Positions 8,066 to 18,826 of a DNA stretch of 64,000 nucleotides are shown one piece after another. Positions within the stretch are counted from its first letter, which is position 1. The number at the start of each line of letters is the position of its first letter. The stretch is from assembly GCA_003151815.1 (NCBI GenBank), contig PLYN01000058.1, positions 27,811-91,810 of the forward strand. Reading direction: 5' to 3'. The notes beneath the pieces were generated by a model. That model was not told the origin of the DNA and did no database searches. It was given only the letters and a program-made list of their open reading frames with translations. The position numbers and the translations under genes were made by a program. The stretch is from Bacteroidota bacterium. Lineage in GTDB: Bacteria; Bacteroidota; Bacteroidia; 2-12-FULL-35-15.

Positions 8066-8675
8066 GTCTATTTTATCTACCGCTTATCTGGGTCCCATTC
8101 AATATTATTCAAAGCTCATCAACTACCCCACTTGTATCATTGAACATTGTGAACATTATACAAAACAGACCTACCGCAGCCGTTGCGACATCTATTCACC
8201 CAACGGAATTAAAACATTAAGTGTTCCGCTTATAAAAAGAAATCACCGACAAGCAGTTAAAGATCTGAAAATTTCTTACGATGTTGATTGGCAAAAATTG
8301 CATTGGCGAACATTGGAATCGAGCTACCGACGATCACCTTTTTTTGAATATTTTGAAGATGATCTTCATCCGCTTTATCATAATAAAAAATATGATTTTC
8401 TGGTCGACTTAAATGAAGCATTGCAACAAGAAATATTAAGTCTTTTAAAACGTAAAACGAATTATAGCTTCACAAACGAATACCACGAAACATACGCTGA
8501 TGCGGATGATTACAGAAACATTATCTCCCCAAAGGAATCATTAAATTCGGATCCGTTGTTTGAACCTCAACTATATTCTCAGGTATTTGAAACCCGTCAT
8601 GGATTTATTCCAAATTTAAGCATTGTTGATCTGCTTTTTAACCAAGGTTCAAGAGCGATGCAATATTTAGTTTAA
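7989..8675 (+). CDS. WbqC family protein
   Basis: ILSTAYLGPIQYYSKL... through to the end matches the WbqC-like family as I remember it. The first 25 codons are encoded by the repeat element. An alternative in-frame GTG start exists at 8064. Confidence 0.75.
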   Translation: MNSQFDILAGDLAGSNSSPVGRSGGVSILSTAYLGPIQYYSKLINYPTCIIEHCEHYTKQTYRSRCDIYSPNGIKTLSVPLIKRNHRQAVKDLKISYDVDWQKLHWRTLESSYRRSPFFEYFEDDLHPLYHNKKYDFLVDLNEALQQEILSLLKRKTNYSFTNEYHETYADADDYRNIISPKESLNSDPLFEPQLYSQVFETRHGFIPNLSIVDLLFNQGSRAMQYLV

Positions 8676-8692
8676 AGTTTGAATTTGAGTTT
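8670..8692. repeat. heptamer-type repeat arm (left type) overlapping the WbqC stop
   Basis: gtttaaagtttgaatttgagttt. Same motif family as 5783-5814. Confidence 0.5.
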
Positions 8693-8786
8693 ACATTTTA
8701 GAATGTAATTCTATTGATAAATTTGTACTCATCGTTATAGGTAAGCGTAGAAATTTTCATCGTTTAAAATAATAATCAAATTAAAT

Positions 8787-8817
8787 TTTGACAATAGTAA
8801 CTTATAAGTTACATTTG
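8787..8817 (+). promoter_or_regulatory. TA-operon promoter (TTTG -33, TAcaTTTG -7) with an embedded 16-bp perfect palindrome as candidate operator
   Basis: TTTG at 8787-8790 and TAcaTTTG at 8810-8817, spaced 19 nt apart. The palindrome gtaacttataagttac lies at 8797-8812. The ATG at 8823 implies a very short or absent leader. Confidence 0.45.
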
Positions 8818-8822
8818 TACCA

Positions 8823-9167
8823 ATGGAGAAAGTTAGAGAAGTTATAGCCTATAAAAATTATTTCGAAGACTTCCTTAAAGCACAGCCGGAAAAAGTTCAG
8901 GACAAAATATACAAAATAATTGAAGCGATCGAAACTTTGGAAAGAGTTCCCGCCAATTATTTGAAAGCTATGGAAGGAACTAACGGACTTTACGAAGCTC
9001 GGATTCAGCTCGGTTCAAATATTTGGAGAGTTTTCTGCTTTTTTGATAAAGGAAAACTCGTTGTTTTATTAAATGGGTTTACTAAAAAGACTCAGAAGAC
9101 ACCAACAAATGAAATAACAAAAGCGTTGAATTTAATGAAAGAATATTACCAACTTAAAAACAAATAG
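8823..9167 (+). CDS. type II toxin, RelE/ParE superfamily (Gp49/HigB-like)
   Basis: LYEARIQLGSNIWRVFCFFDKGKLVVLLNGFTKKTQKTPTNEI is the Gp49-like (DUF891) signature. The toxin-first gene order is characteristic of HigBA-type modules. Confidence 0.8.
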   Translation: MEKVREVIAYKNYFEDFLKAQPEKVQDKIYKIIEAIETLERVPANYLKAMEGTNGLYEARIQLGSNIWRVFCFFDKGKLVVLLNGFTKKTQKTPTNEITKALNLMKEYYQLKNK

Positions 9168-9169
9168 AA

Positions 9170-9460
9170 ATGGAAACTAAAAACTGGAAAAAAATAAAAG
9201 ACTCTGTATACGGAAAAAAGGGGACAACTAGACGTGACGAACTTGACAGAGAGTTTGAAAGTTTTAAAATTGGTTTGCTTTTACGTAAAGCGCGTGAAGA
9301 AAAACACTTAACACAAGACCAACTTGCTGACCTTGTTGACAAAAAAAGAACTTTCATTTCAAGAGTTGAAAACAATGGAGGAAATCTAACTTTGAAAACA
9401 CTGTTTGACATTGTGGAAAAAGGGCTCGGAGGAAAAGTGAAAATATCAATAGAAATATAA
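9170..9460 (+). CDS. XRE-family HTH antitoxin (HigA-like)
   Basis: Starts 2 nt after the toxin stop. The HTH region reads LRKAREEKHLTQDQLADLVDKKRTFISRVENN. Confidence 0.8.
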   Translation: METKNWKKIKDSVYGKKGTTRRDELDREFESFKIGLLLRKAREEKHLTQDQLADLVDKKRTFISRVENNGGNLTLKTLFDIVEKGLGGKVKISIEI

Positions 9461-9780
9461 AAATGTTAAGTAACACCAGTCTATAACATATGTGCTTATG
9501 ATGTAGAGTTTGGTGCAATTGCAAATGTTTTTTCACAGCGACATAAATTTATTTCTAAACATTTGCAGGCACTTTATATATATACTGCTCAAAAAATATT
9601 GGAACTAAATGATAATATAACCCATAAGTTATAGATTATAAATACGAAAACAAATGGAATCAGAACGAATAGAAGGAACATTATCAGATGAGTTGATGGA
9701 TTTAATAAAGACAACTCCATAGACAGTAACTGTCTCAGCAAACAAAAACATAAACATAAACATAAACCAAATCCAAGACA

Positions 9781-9993
9781 ATGACCAAAGTAAAAGTTTT
9801 CATCGTGCCTTATGAATCACAAGCGAAACATAAAGTTTTCTTTTGTGATTATGTATCACAACAAAAAAATCATCAGCTAATTTGTCCGGGCGAATTGGTT
9901 AAATATGAAAGCCAAACTGATGTAAAAGTTTTTATTGTAAAATATGATTCTCAAGCAACTATTAAAATCATGCGAAAAAATTTTCCAAGCTAA
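9781..9993 (+). CDS. small repeat protein (DUF6150-like, tentative)
   Basis: Internal repeats VKVFIVPYESQAKHKVFF, VKYESQTDVKVFIVKYDSQATIKI. The family assignment is from memory only. Confidence 0.5.
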   Translation: MTKVKVFIVPYESQAKHKVFFCDYVSQQKNHQLICPGELVKYESQTDVKVFIVKYDSQATIKIMRKNFPS

Positions 9994-9996
9994 CAG

Positions 9997-10131
9997 ATGA
10001 AAGTAAAAATTTACAGAGGCACGAAAGAAATTAGCGCAACTTTCATAGAGCTGCCCTTGTTGGTGTTCAAAAAACTCAATAGTGACAAGAATCAGCCAAT
10101 GCAGGTGTTATTTCACCTGCATTGTGTGTAG
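9997..10131 (+). pseudogene. possible N-terminal fragment of a truncated gene (MBL-fold-like start MKVKIYRGTKEI)
   Basis: 44-codon ORF ending in an 11-bp perfect hairpin (10097-10124). Only the first ~18 residues resemble the N-termini of MBL-fold hydrolases. Weak call. Confidence 0.25.
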
Positions 10132-10180
10132 GCAAGAAATAGTAATAATAAACATCGGAACTATAAAGAATTTGGTTTAG

Positions 10181-10204
10181 CTTTAAACTTTAAAACTTTA
10201 AACT
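10181..10204. repeat. heptamer-type repeat arm (right type) abutting the carboxyltransferase start
   Basis: ctttaaactttaaaactttaaact. It is the reverse-complement type of the arm at 8670-8692. Confidence 0.5.
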
Positions 10205-10210
10205 AAAATT

Positions 10211-11839
10211 ATGAATATAGAATTCAACAAAAACGAAGATAAAATGAAACTTCTTATTTCCGCAATGGAACATAAGTTGGAGAAAATTTATCTGGGTGGT
10301 GGGAAAAGCAGAATAGAAAAATTGCATGAACAAGGCAAAATGACTGCCAGAGAACGTATTCAATATCTTATCGACAAAGGCAGCAAAACCATTGAAATAG
10401 GAGCTTTTGCAGGAGAAGACATGTATGCCGATCATGGTGGCTGTCCGGCAGGTGGTGTTGTTGTTGTTATAGGATATGTTAGCGGAAGACAATGCATTAT
10501 TGTTGCCAATGACGCGACAGTAAAAGCCGGAGCTTGGTTCCCTATCACCGGAAAAAAGAATTTGAGAGCGCAGGAAATAGCGATGGAAAACCGTTTACCA
10601 ATTATTTATTTGGTAGATAGTGCCGGAGTTTATCTTCCATTGCAAGATGAAATTTTTGCAGACAAAGAACATTTCGGTCGCATTTTCCGCAACAATGCAA
10701 TCATGTCGGGTATGGGAATATTGCAGATCTCTGCTGTTATGGGCAGCTGTGTTGCAGGAGGAGCTTACCTTCCCATCATGAGTGATGAAGCTATGATCGT
10801 TGATAAAACGGGAAGCATTTTTTTAGCCGGCTCTTATCTTGTGAAAGCTGCTATTGGTGAAACGATCGACAATGAAACATTAGGAGGGGCTACTACACAT
10901 TGTGAAATATCTGGTGTTACCGATTATAAATGCAAAGATGATGCAGACTGTCTTACCCGCATCAAAAACATTATGAGTAAGATAGGATACTTTGATAAAG
11001 CCGGATTCAACCGGATCGAACCTAAAGCACCACAAAAAAATGAACAGGAAATTTTAGGTCTTATACCCGACGCGCACGACAAGCAATACGACATGAATGA
11101 AGTTATTGCCCGACTGGTGGATGATTCTGATTTTGAAGAATACAAAGAAGGCTTCGGACAAACCATTATTTGCGGACTTACACGTATTGATGGCTGGAGT
11201 GTTGGCATTGTTGCCAATCAACGCAAAGTAGTAAAAAGCAAAAAAGGTGAAATGCAGTTTGGTGGTGTTATATATAGCGACAGTGCTGATAAAGCAGCGC
11301 GTTTTATTATGAACTGCAATCAAAAGAAGATCCCATTAGTATTTTTGCAGGATGTAACAGGATTTATGGTAGGCTCACGCTCGGAGCATGCTGGTATCAT
11401 TAAAGATGGAGCGAAAATGGTAAATGCAATGGCGAACTCTGTTGTTCCCAAATTTACGGTTGTAATTGGTAATTCATACGGAGCGGGCAATTACGCCATG
11501 TGCGGAAAAGCCTTTGACCCGCGCTTAATTATCGGCTGGCCAACAGCGCAAATAGCGGTAATGGGTGGTGCGCAGGCAGCTAAAGTATTGGGACAAATAG
11601 AAGTGGCTTCACTGAAAGCAAAAGGCGAAATAATAACTCCGGAAAAAGAAGCCGAATTATATAACAAAACAAAAGACCGTTATGATAGTCAGACTACCCC
11701 TTATTACGCAGCAGCAAGATTATGGGTGGATGCAATTATCAATCCCTTAGATACCCGCAAATGGATCTCGATGGGCATTGAAATGGCTAACAACGCTCCT
11801 ATTATAAAAGCATATAATGTTGGCGTTATTCAGACGTGA
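10211..11839 (+). CDS. acyl-CoA carboxylase carboxyltransferase (beta) subunit, methylcrotonoyl-/propionyl-CoA carboxylase type
   Basis: Two carboxyltransferase domains: GKMTARERIQYLID, VANDATVKAGAW, and GVIYSDSADKAARFI...GNSYGAGNYAM. Confidence 0.85.
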   Translation: MNIEFNKNEDKMKLLISAMEHKLEKIYLGGGKSRIEKLHEQGKMTARERIQYLIDKGSKTIEIGAFAGEDMYADHGGCPAGGVVVVIGYVSGRQCIIVANDATVKAGAWFPITGKKNLRAQEIAMENRLPIIYLVDSAGVYLPLQDEIFADKEHFGRIFRNNAIMSGMGILQISAVMGSCVAGGAYLPIMSDEAMIVDKTGSIFLAGSYLVKAAIGETIDNETLGGATTHCEISGVTDYKCKDDADCLTRIKNIMSKIGYFDKAGFNRIEPKAPQKNEQEILGLIPDAHDKQYDMNEVIARLVDDSDFEEYKEGFGQTIICGLTRIDGWSVGIVANQRKVVKSKKGEMQFGGVIYSDSADKAARFIMNCNQKKIPLVFLQDVTGFMVGSRSEHAGIIKDGAKMVNAMANSVVPKFTVVIGNSYGAGNYAMCGKAFDPRLIIGWPTAQIAVMGGAQAAKVLGQIEVASLKAKGEIITPEKEAELYNKTKDRYDSQTTPYYAAARLWVDAIINPLDTRKWISMGIEMANNAPIIKAYNVGVIQT

Positions 11840-11944
11840 TAATATTTCAAAACATTGCAATGATGAATAAATAATTTTTCATTGATTGTTGACGTACTAA
11901 TTTATCATTTCTCAAAGTAAATTTAGATTCTAAACCTATCAACT

Positions 11945-12235
11945 ATGTACATCTACGATACCGTATCAGAAGCCGTTAACGACCTTACAAAACGTGGCTA
12001 TACACATAACTTCAAACCTTGTTCGGAGGGTATAGAGTGTACTGAACTTAATCTGAAACTCTCTCCTGAGAATTTCAAAATAAAAGAAACTTATCGTTTC
12101 GAGGGAATTACGGATCCTGCTGATGAGGCTATTGTTTATGCCATCGAATCAAATAATGGAATAAAGGGAGTTTTGGTGAATGGATATGGTATTTATTCTG
12201 ATAGCACCACAGATGCGATGGTTAGTAAGTTATAG
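11945..12235 (+). CDS. conserved hypothetical protein
   Basis: 96-aa ORF with no overlapping competitor. No motif that I can assign. Confidence 0.5.
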   Translation: MYIYDTVSEAVNDLTKRGYTHNFKPCSEGIECTELNLKLSPENFKIKETYRFEGITDPADEAIVYAIESNNGIKGVLVNGYGIYSDSTTDAMVSKL

Positions 12236-12393
12236 CGCTTTTGGCTTAATATTAAATATCAAAAAAAACACGATTGTTAAACTATTGTAGTTTTGAAAAT
12301 AACTATCCTGTATTTTTTTGATGAAATTTAAATGCATTCTTATAAAAAATGTAAAATAAATAACTTATTTTTGTTGACAAACATAATAAGTCT

Positions 12394-12936
12394 ATGAAAT
12401 CAAAAATCATTACTCCGCTATTTATTTTTATTACTTCCGCTATTTTTATAGTAGCTGCCAGTCGCTTGTTTCCGCACATTCCAAACTTTACTCCACTTGC
12501 TGCAATGGCGCTGTTTGGCGGTGTTTATTTGTCGGACAAACGTTTAGCATTCATTATTCCTTTACTGGCATTATTTATTAGTGATACAGCATTGCAATTA
12601 CTGTTTGGCTGGGGTTTTCATAATACGATGATCTACGTTTATATCGGATTTATTTTAACTTCTCTTATTGGAATGCTTGTAAAACGCAATGTTTCCATAC
12701 AATCAGTTGCGGCAGGATCTATCATATCTTCCATCCTATTTTTCATCATCACTAATTTTGGTGTATGGGCTGCATCTGGTTTTCAAATGGGCATTGCAGG
12801 ATTAGAAACAACATACCTTCTAGGGGTTCCATTTTTTTCTCCGACATTAGCAGGCGATCTATTTTTTAACAGTATTTTGTTTGGAGCATTTTATCTGGCT
12901 CAAATTAAATTTCCTGTTTTGATCAAGGTAAAATAA
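12394..12936 (+). CDS. DUF6580-family polytopic membrane protein
   Basis: FPHIPNFTPLAAMALFGGVYLSDKRLAFIIPLLALFISD matches my recollection of DUF6580. About five TM helices. Confidence 0.6.
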   Translation: MKSKIITPLFIFITSAIFIVAASRLFPHIPNFTPLAAMALFGGVYLSDKRLAFIIPLLALFISDTALQLLFGWGFHNTMIYVYIGFILTSLIGMLVKRNVSIQSVAAGSIISSILFFIITNFGVWAASGFQMGIAGLETTYLLGVPFFSPTLAGDLFFNSILFGAFYLAQIKFPVLIKVK

Positions 12937-12957
12937 AATTGAATGATGATATTTAAG

Positions 12958-12994
12958 ATCCCTCTGCTGATTTAATTTAGAGAGGGATTTTTTA
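12958..12994 (+). terminator. intrinsic terminator
   Basis: atccctct / agagggat 8-bp stem followed by a T6 run, about 20 nt after the stop. Confidence 0.65.
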
Positions 12995-13045
12995 ATTTAA
13001 TAAGCGTTCTCACATTGTATAAATCACACCCTAAATATTATTAAC

Positions 13046-13993
13046 ATGGATACTTCAATGAAAACTGATTTTAATTATAAAACATTAAATCTGAAAGACG
13101 ATTACGAAGGAAAAGTTACTGCAACGATTATTGCTGCAAAAGCGAACACAGGGAAAAGAAAAGCAATTTTATATATCCATGGGTTTATCGATTACTTTTT
13201 TCATCCGCATGTTGCAAAGCAATTTGACGAGAATGGATTTGATTTTTTTGCCCTTGATTTAAGAAAGTATGGTCATTCATTGATGAACCACCAACGTGCC
13301 TGCTATTGCAAAACGCTGGATGAATATTTTGAAGAAATTGATCTGACGATCAAAGAAATTATTGCAACGGGAAGTGAATCGGTTATCCTGTTAGGGCACT
13401 CTACAGGCGGACTCACGGCAAGTTTATATGCAAATTACGGAGCTGAAAAAAAATATGTTAGCGGGGTGATTTTAAACTCCCCGTTTTTTGAAATGAATCT
13501 TCCTTCATCTACCCGCTCCGTTTTAAAAGTATTGGCCAACACCATTCCTTTGTTTAATCCATATGCTAAAGTAAATGATGCCGTTCCTGAAACATATGGA
13601 AAAAGTTTGCATAAAGATCACAAAGGAGAATGGGAATATAATTTAGATTGGAAACCGCTTAAAGGTTTTCCGGCATACTACGCCTGGTTCAAAGCTGTAA
13701 TGACAGGACATAAAAAATTACAGACCGACTCACACATCACTGTTCCTGTTCTGGTAATGCACTCCTCGAAATCACTTCCTAAAAAATGGAAAAAAGAAGA
13801 TTTTGGTACATCCGACATTGTTCTTAACGTGGATCATATTAAAGAAGTTGGAGTTAAATTAGGTACACAAGTTACCCTTCTTGAAGTTAAAGATGGCATG
13901 CATGATCTTTTCTTATCAAAAGATTACGCAAGGAATTCCGCATTTGACGGCATGTTTAAATGGTTACGAACAACAGCCAATAAATCAAAATAA
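13046..13993 (+). CDS. alpha/beta hydrolase (lysophospholipase / monoacylglycerol lipase-like)
   Basis: HGF oxyanion region, nucleophile elbow GHSTGG, and C-terminal DGMHD (catalytic His). Confidence 0.8.
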   Translation: MDTSMKTDFNYKTLNLKDDYEGKVTATIIAAKANTGKRKAILYIHGFIDYFFHPHVAKQFDENGFDFFALDLRKYGHSLMNHQRACYCKTLDEYFEEIDLTIKEIIATGSESVILLGHSTGGLTASLYANYGAEKKYVSGVILNSPFFEMNLPSSTRSVLKVLANTIPLFNPYAKVNDAVPETYGKSLHKDHKGEWEYNLDWKPLKGFPAYYAWFKAVMTGHKKLQTDSHITVPVLVMHSSKSLPKKWKKEDFGTSDIVLNVDHIKEVGVKLGTQVTLLEVKDGMHDLFLSKDYARNSAFDGMFKWLRTTANKSK

Positions 13994-14012
13994 ATTTTCC
14001 CTGATCCTTTAA

Positions 14013-15425
14013 ATGAGTAGCACAAGTTTAACTTTAGTTGAAAAAACAGAACAAGCTTTCGAGCAGTTAAAAAATTGTTCTGAATCCGATATCGGTAAAC
14101 ATTTCGATTCTATTTTTGAAACATACCCCATGTTAAAAAATGAGGAGAGATCAAAACTTGCTGAATCCTTTTATAATTGGGCTAAAGAAAACACAGTTAA
14201 TCAACCCTTAAAAATTTGTTATGCCAGCTATTTTTTTGCAGGTAATGATTTTTTTGCTGAAAAATATGAAACAGCCATCTTTCTGGCAATAAAAACTCAA
14301 CAACAATTTGCAGAACTCAATGATCAGGATGGAATAGCACTTGGCTCATCACTGCTTGGTGGTATATACCGTACACTTGGGAATGTTGATCTGGCGCTAA
14401 AAACACTTTGGGAGGCTTACGAACACCTTAAAACATCCAATTTTTTTCGGCACAATTTAATGGTTTGCAGTTTTCAGATCGCCAGCATTTATGCAGAAAT
14501 GAAAAATGATGATGAGGCAATACTTCTTTTCAAAAGTACATTTGAAACAGCAGAAAAATTACACAACAAAATGTGGATGATGCATTCCTTAAACGGTTTA
14601 GGAAAAGTATGCCTCATGCAAAAAAAATATCCGGAGGCTAAAGAATATCATGAAAAAGGAATGGCCATCGCTGAAAAACTTAATACGCCTATACATCTTT
14701 CTATATCCTTAACCGAGTTAGCAAATTATTATTTTGAAACAGGCAATTATGCTGAATCTGAACAATTACACCTAAAAGCATTAGCTATCCGCGAACAAAA
14801 TAAATTTCATGGAGGCGCTATCACCAACCTTCTTGGTTTAAGTGAAATTTATATCAGGCAAGAAAAATTTGATGAAGCAATTGTAATGTTAAACAAAGCT
14901 TTGAAAATTGGAGAGGAATTAAAAGTAAAGCCGAAAATTTTTCAAATACATTTTCTGCTTTCTAAAGTATATGAGCTAAAACAAGATCTGCCACAAAGTT
15001 TAATTCATTATAAATTATACCATCAAATTCAAGAGGAAGTTGAAAAAGAAGATGCAGCGAAAAAAATAAAAAACATTCAACTTATTTTTGAAGCTGAACA
15101 AACAAAAAAAGAAAATATTATCATCAAAAAGCAGAAAAAAGAAATTGAAGAAAAAAATACTGAACTGCAGGAAACTATTGATGAATTAACCATTACCAAG
15201 GTAAGTAAAAAGGCGAAGATCATCACAATGGTTATTGCCATTGTATTATTTATAGCTGAAGAAATAATTCATCATAGTGTACTACATCTTATGCATGATG
15301 ATGACTTTACAATGTCATTAATAGTTAAAGGTGTTATTGTTATTTCTTTAAAACCTATTGATAGTGGCGTTGAACATTTTTTGCTAAAAAAAATAATTCT
15401 AAAGAAAAAAATAGTCGTTAGTTAA
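14013..15425 (+). CDS. tetratricopeptide-repeat protein with C-terminal coiled coil and TM segments, no output domain
   Basis: Repeated A-x-x-Y/L TPR-like units. Lys/Glu-rich coiled coil (EAEQTKKENIIIKKQKKEIEEKNTELQETIDEL), then hydrophobic helices. Confidence 0.7.
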   Translation: MSSTSLTLVEKTEQAFEQLKNCSESDIGKHFDSIFETYPMLKNEERSKLAESFYNWAKENTVNQPLKICYASYFFAGNDFFAEKYETAIFLAIKTQQQFAELNDQDGIALGSSLLGGIYRTLGNVDLALKTLWEAYEHLKTSNFFRHNLMVCSFQIASIYAEMKNDDEAILLFKSTFETAEKLHNKMWMMHSLNGLGKVCLMQKKYPEAKEYHEKGMAIAEKLNTPIHLSISLTELANYYFETGNYAESEQLHLKALAIREQNKFHGGAITNLLGLSEIYIRQEKFDEAIVMLNKALKIGEELKVKPKIFQIHFLLSKVYELKQDLPQSLIHYKLYHQIQEEVEKEDAAKKIKNIQLIFEAEQTKKENIIIKKQKKEIEEKNTELQETIDELTITKVSKKAKIITMVIAIVLFIAEEIIHHSVLHLMHDDDFTMSLIVKGVIVISLKPIDSGVEHFLLKKIILKKKIVVS

Positions 15426-15450
15426 AAATAAAAAAATCAATAAACAGATT

Positions 15451-15804
15451 ATGAAATTCATCGTTCAACTTATTATTTCAACATTAGCAGTATTGATTAC
15501 CGCATATTTATTGCCTGGAGTACAAATAGAAGGCAACAACTTTTTTATAGCTTTGAAAGTCGCGGCTGTGCTGGCTTTTTTAAATGCAATTATAAAACCA
15601 ATAATGATTGTGTTGACAATTCCTATCACTATTGTTACACTCGGATTTTTTTTATTAGCGATTAACGCCTTTATAATTCTGCTTGCAAGCAGGTTGGTTG
15701 ATGGCTTTCACGTTGATGGATTTTGGTGGGCACTGCTATTCAGTTTGATTCTTTCTGTTGTTACATCAATTTTAGAAAGCGTTAAAAAGCGTGATGAACA
15801 GTAA
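15451..15804 (+). CDS. phage holin family 4_2 (DUF360/YvlD-like) membrane protein
   Basis: LLPGVQIEG...LNAIIKPIMIVLTIPITIVTLGFF...GFHVDGFWWAL is the typical signature. Four TM helices. Confidence 0.7.
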   Translation: MKFIVQLIISTLAVLITAYLLPGVQIEGNNFFIALKVAAVLAFLNAIIKPIMIVLTIPITIVTLGFFLLAINAFIILLASRLVDGFHVDGFWWALLFSLILSVVTSILESVKKRDEQ

Positions 15805-15874
15805 ATCAATTAATTGATTATTGATGTGCTGATTATCGATTAAAATTTAAAAGGATTGTAAATTACGAGGAACA

Positions 15875-15925
15875 AATCCCCCTTTCAAAGGGGGGCGCGG
15901 AGGCAAGAGGCGTTGCAGGGGGATT
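15875..15925. repeat. GC-rich element with two mutually exclusive hairpins
   Basis: aatccccct (15875-15883) can pair either with aggggg (15889-15895) or with agggggatt (15917-15925). It is a GC island in AT-rich spacer. Confidence 0.55.
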
Positions 15926-15955
15926 AAAAACAAACAATACTAAAAACCTGAAAAA

Positions 15956-16777
15956 TTGATAAACATAGGCAAATACAACGAACTGGAAGTAGTGAAAGAA
16001 TTGGATTTTGGTATTTACCTGCGTGATGGAGATATAGAAATATTAATGCCTACCAAATGGGTTCCGAAAGACACTCGAATTGGGGATTTTTTAAATGTTT
16101 TTATCTTTCGTGATTCGGATGACAGGCTGATTGCAACTACTGTTGAGCCTTTCGCAATTGCAGATTCATTTGCATTTTTGGAAGCAAAACAAGTAAATGA
16201 TATCGGTGCTTTCCTGGATTGGGGAATGGATAAGGATTTGCTTGTTCCTTTTCGTGAACAACAAAATAAAATGGAGCCCGGCAAAAGCTATGTTGTTTTT
16301 GTTTATGTTGATGAAGAGACCGATCGTTTGGTAGCTTCAGCAAAACTGAGTAGATTTATTGAACGTGATAATATTGAAATCCAAGATGGCGATATCGTAG
16401 ATCTACTGATCTATTCAGAAACCGACCTTGGCTTTAATGCCATTGTTAACAACCTATACAGCGGCTTAATTTATAAAAATGAAATTTACGAAGCGATACG
16501 CATTGGAGATGCCATGAAAGGTTTTGTAAAGCATGTGCGTGAGGATAATAAAATTGATCTGAGCTTACAAAAAAGTGGTTTCGAATTGGTAGATGATGTA
16601 AAATGGCGCATCTTAAATATGATGAAACAAAACGGAGGCTTTCTTTCATTAACGGATAACAGCTCACCGGAAGAAATAAAATCAACATTACAAATAAGCA
16701 AGAAAGCATTCAAAAAAGCTATTGGCGCCCTTTACAGAGAACGATTGGTGAAGCTTACGGATAAAGGAGTACAATTA

Positions 16778-16789
<12 letters not shown>
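15956..16789 (+). CDS. S1-like RNA-binding domain protein (CvfB/YitL family)
   Basis: MINIGKYNELEVVKELDFGIYL..., three S1-like repeats and a C-terminal winged-helix-like tail. TTG start. Confidence 0.8.
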
Positions 16790-18806
<2,017 letters not shown>

Positions 18807-18826
18807 AAAAAACAATTCCAATTATT

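Noticed and set aside
9520-9567. 11-bp inverted repeat (tgcaaatgttt / aaacatttgca) after the antitoxin gene, considered as a terminator.
   Set aside because: It has a 26-nt loop and no following T-run. I kept it as an observation only and did not list it as a terminator.
14013-15425. TPR protein considered as a truncated sensor kinase or regulator pseudogene.
   Set aside because: The ORF is intact with a normal stop. No kinase or HTH remnants are visible in any frame downstream, and the next gene starts 25 nt later. The evidence for truncation is insufficient.
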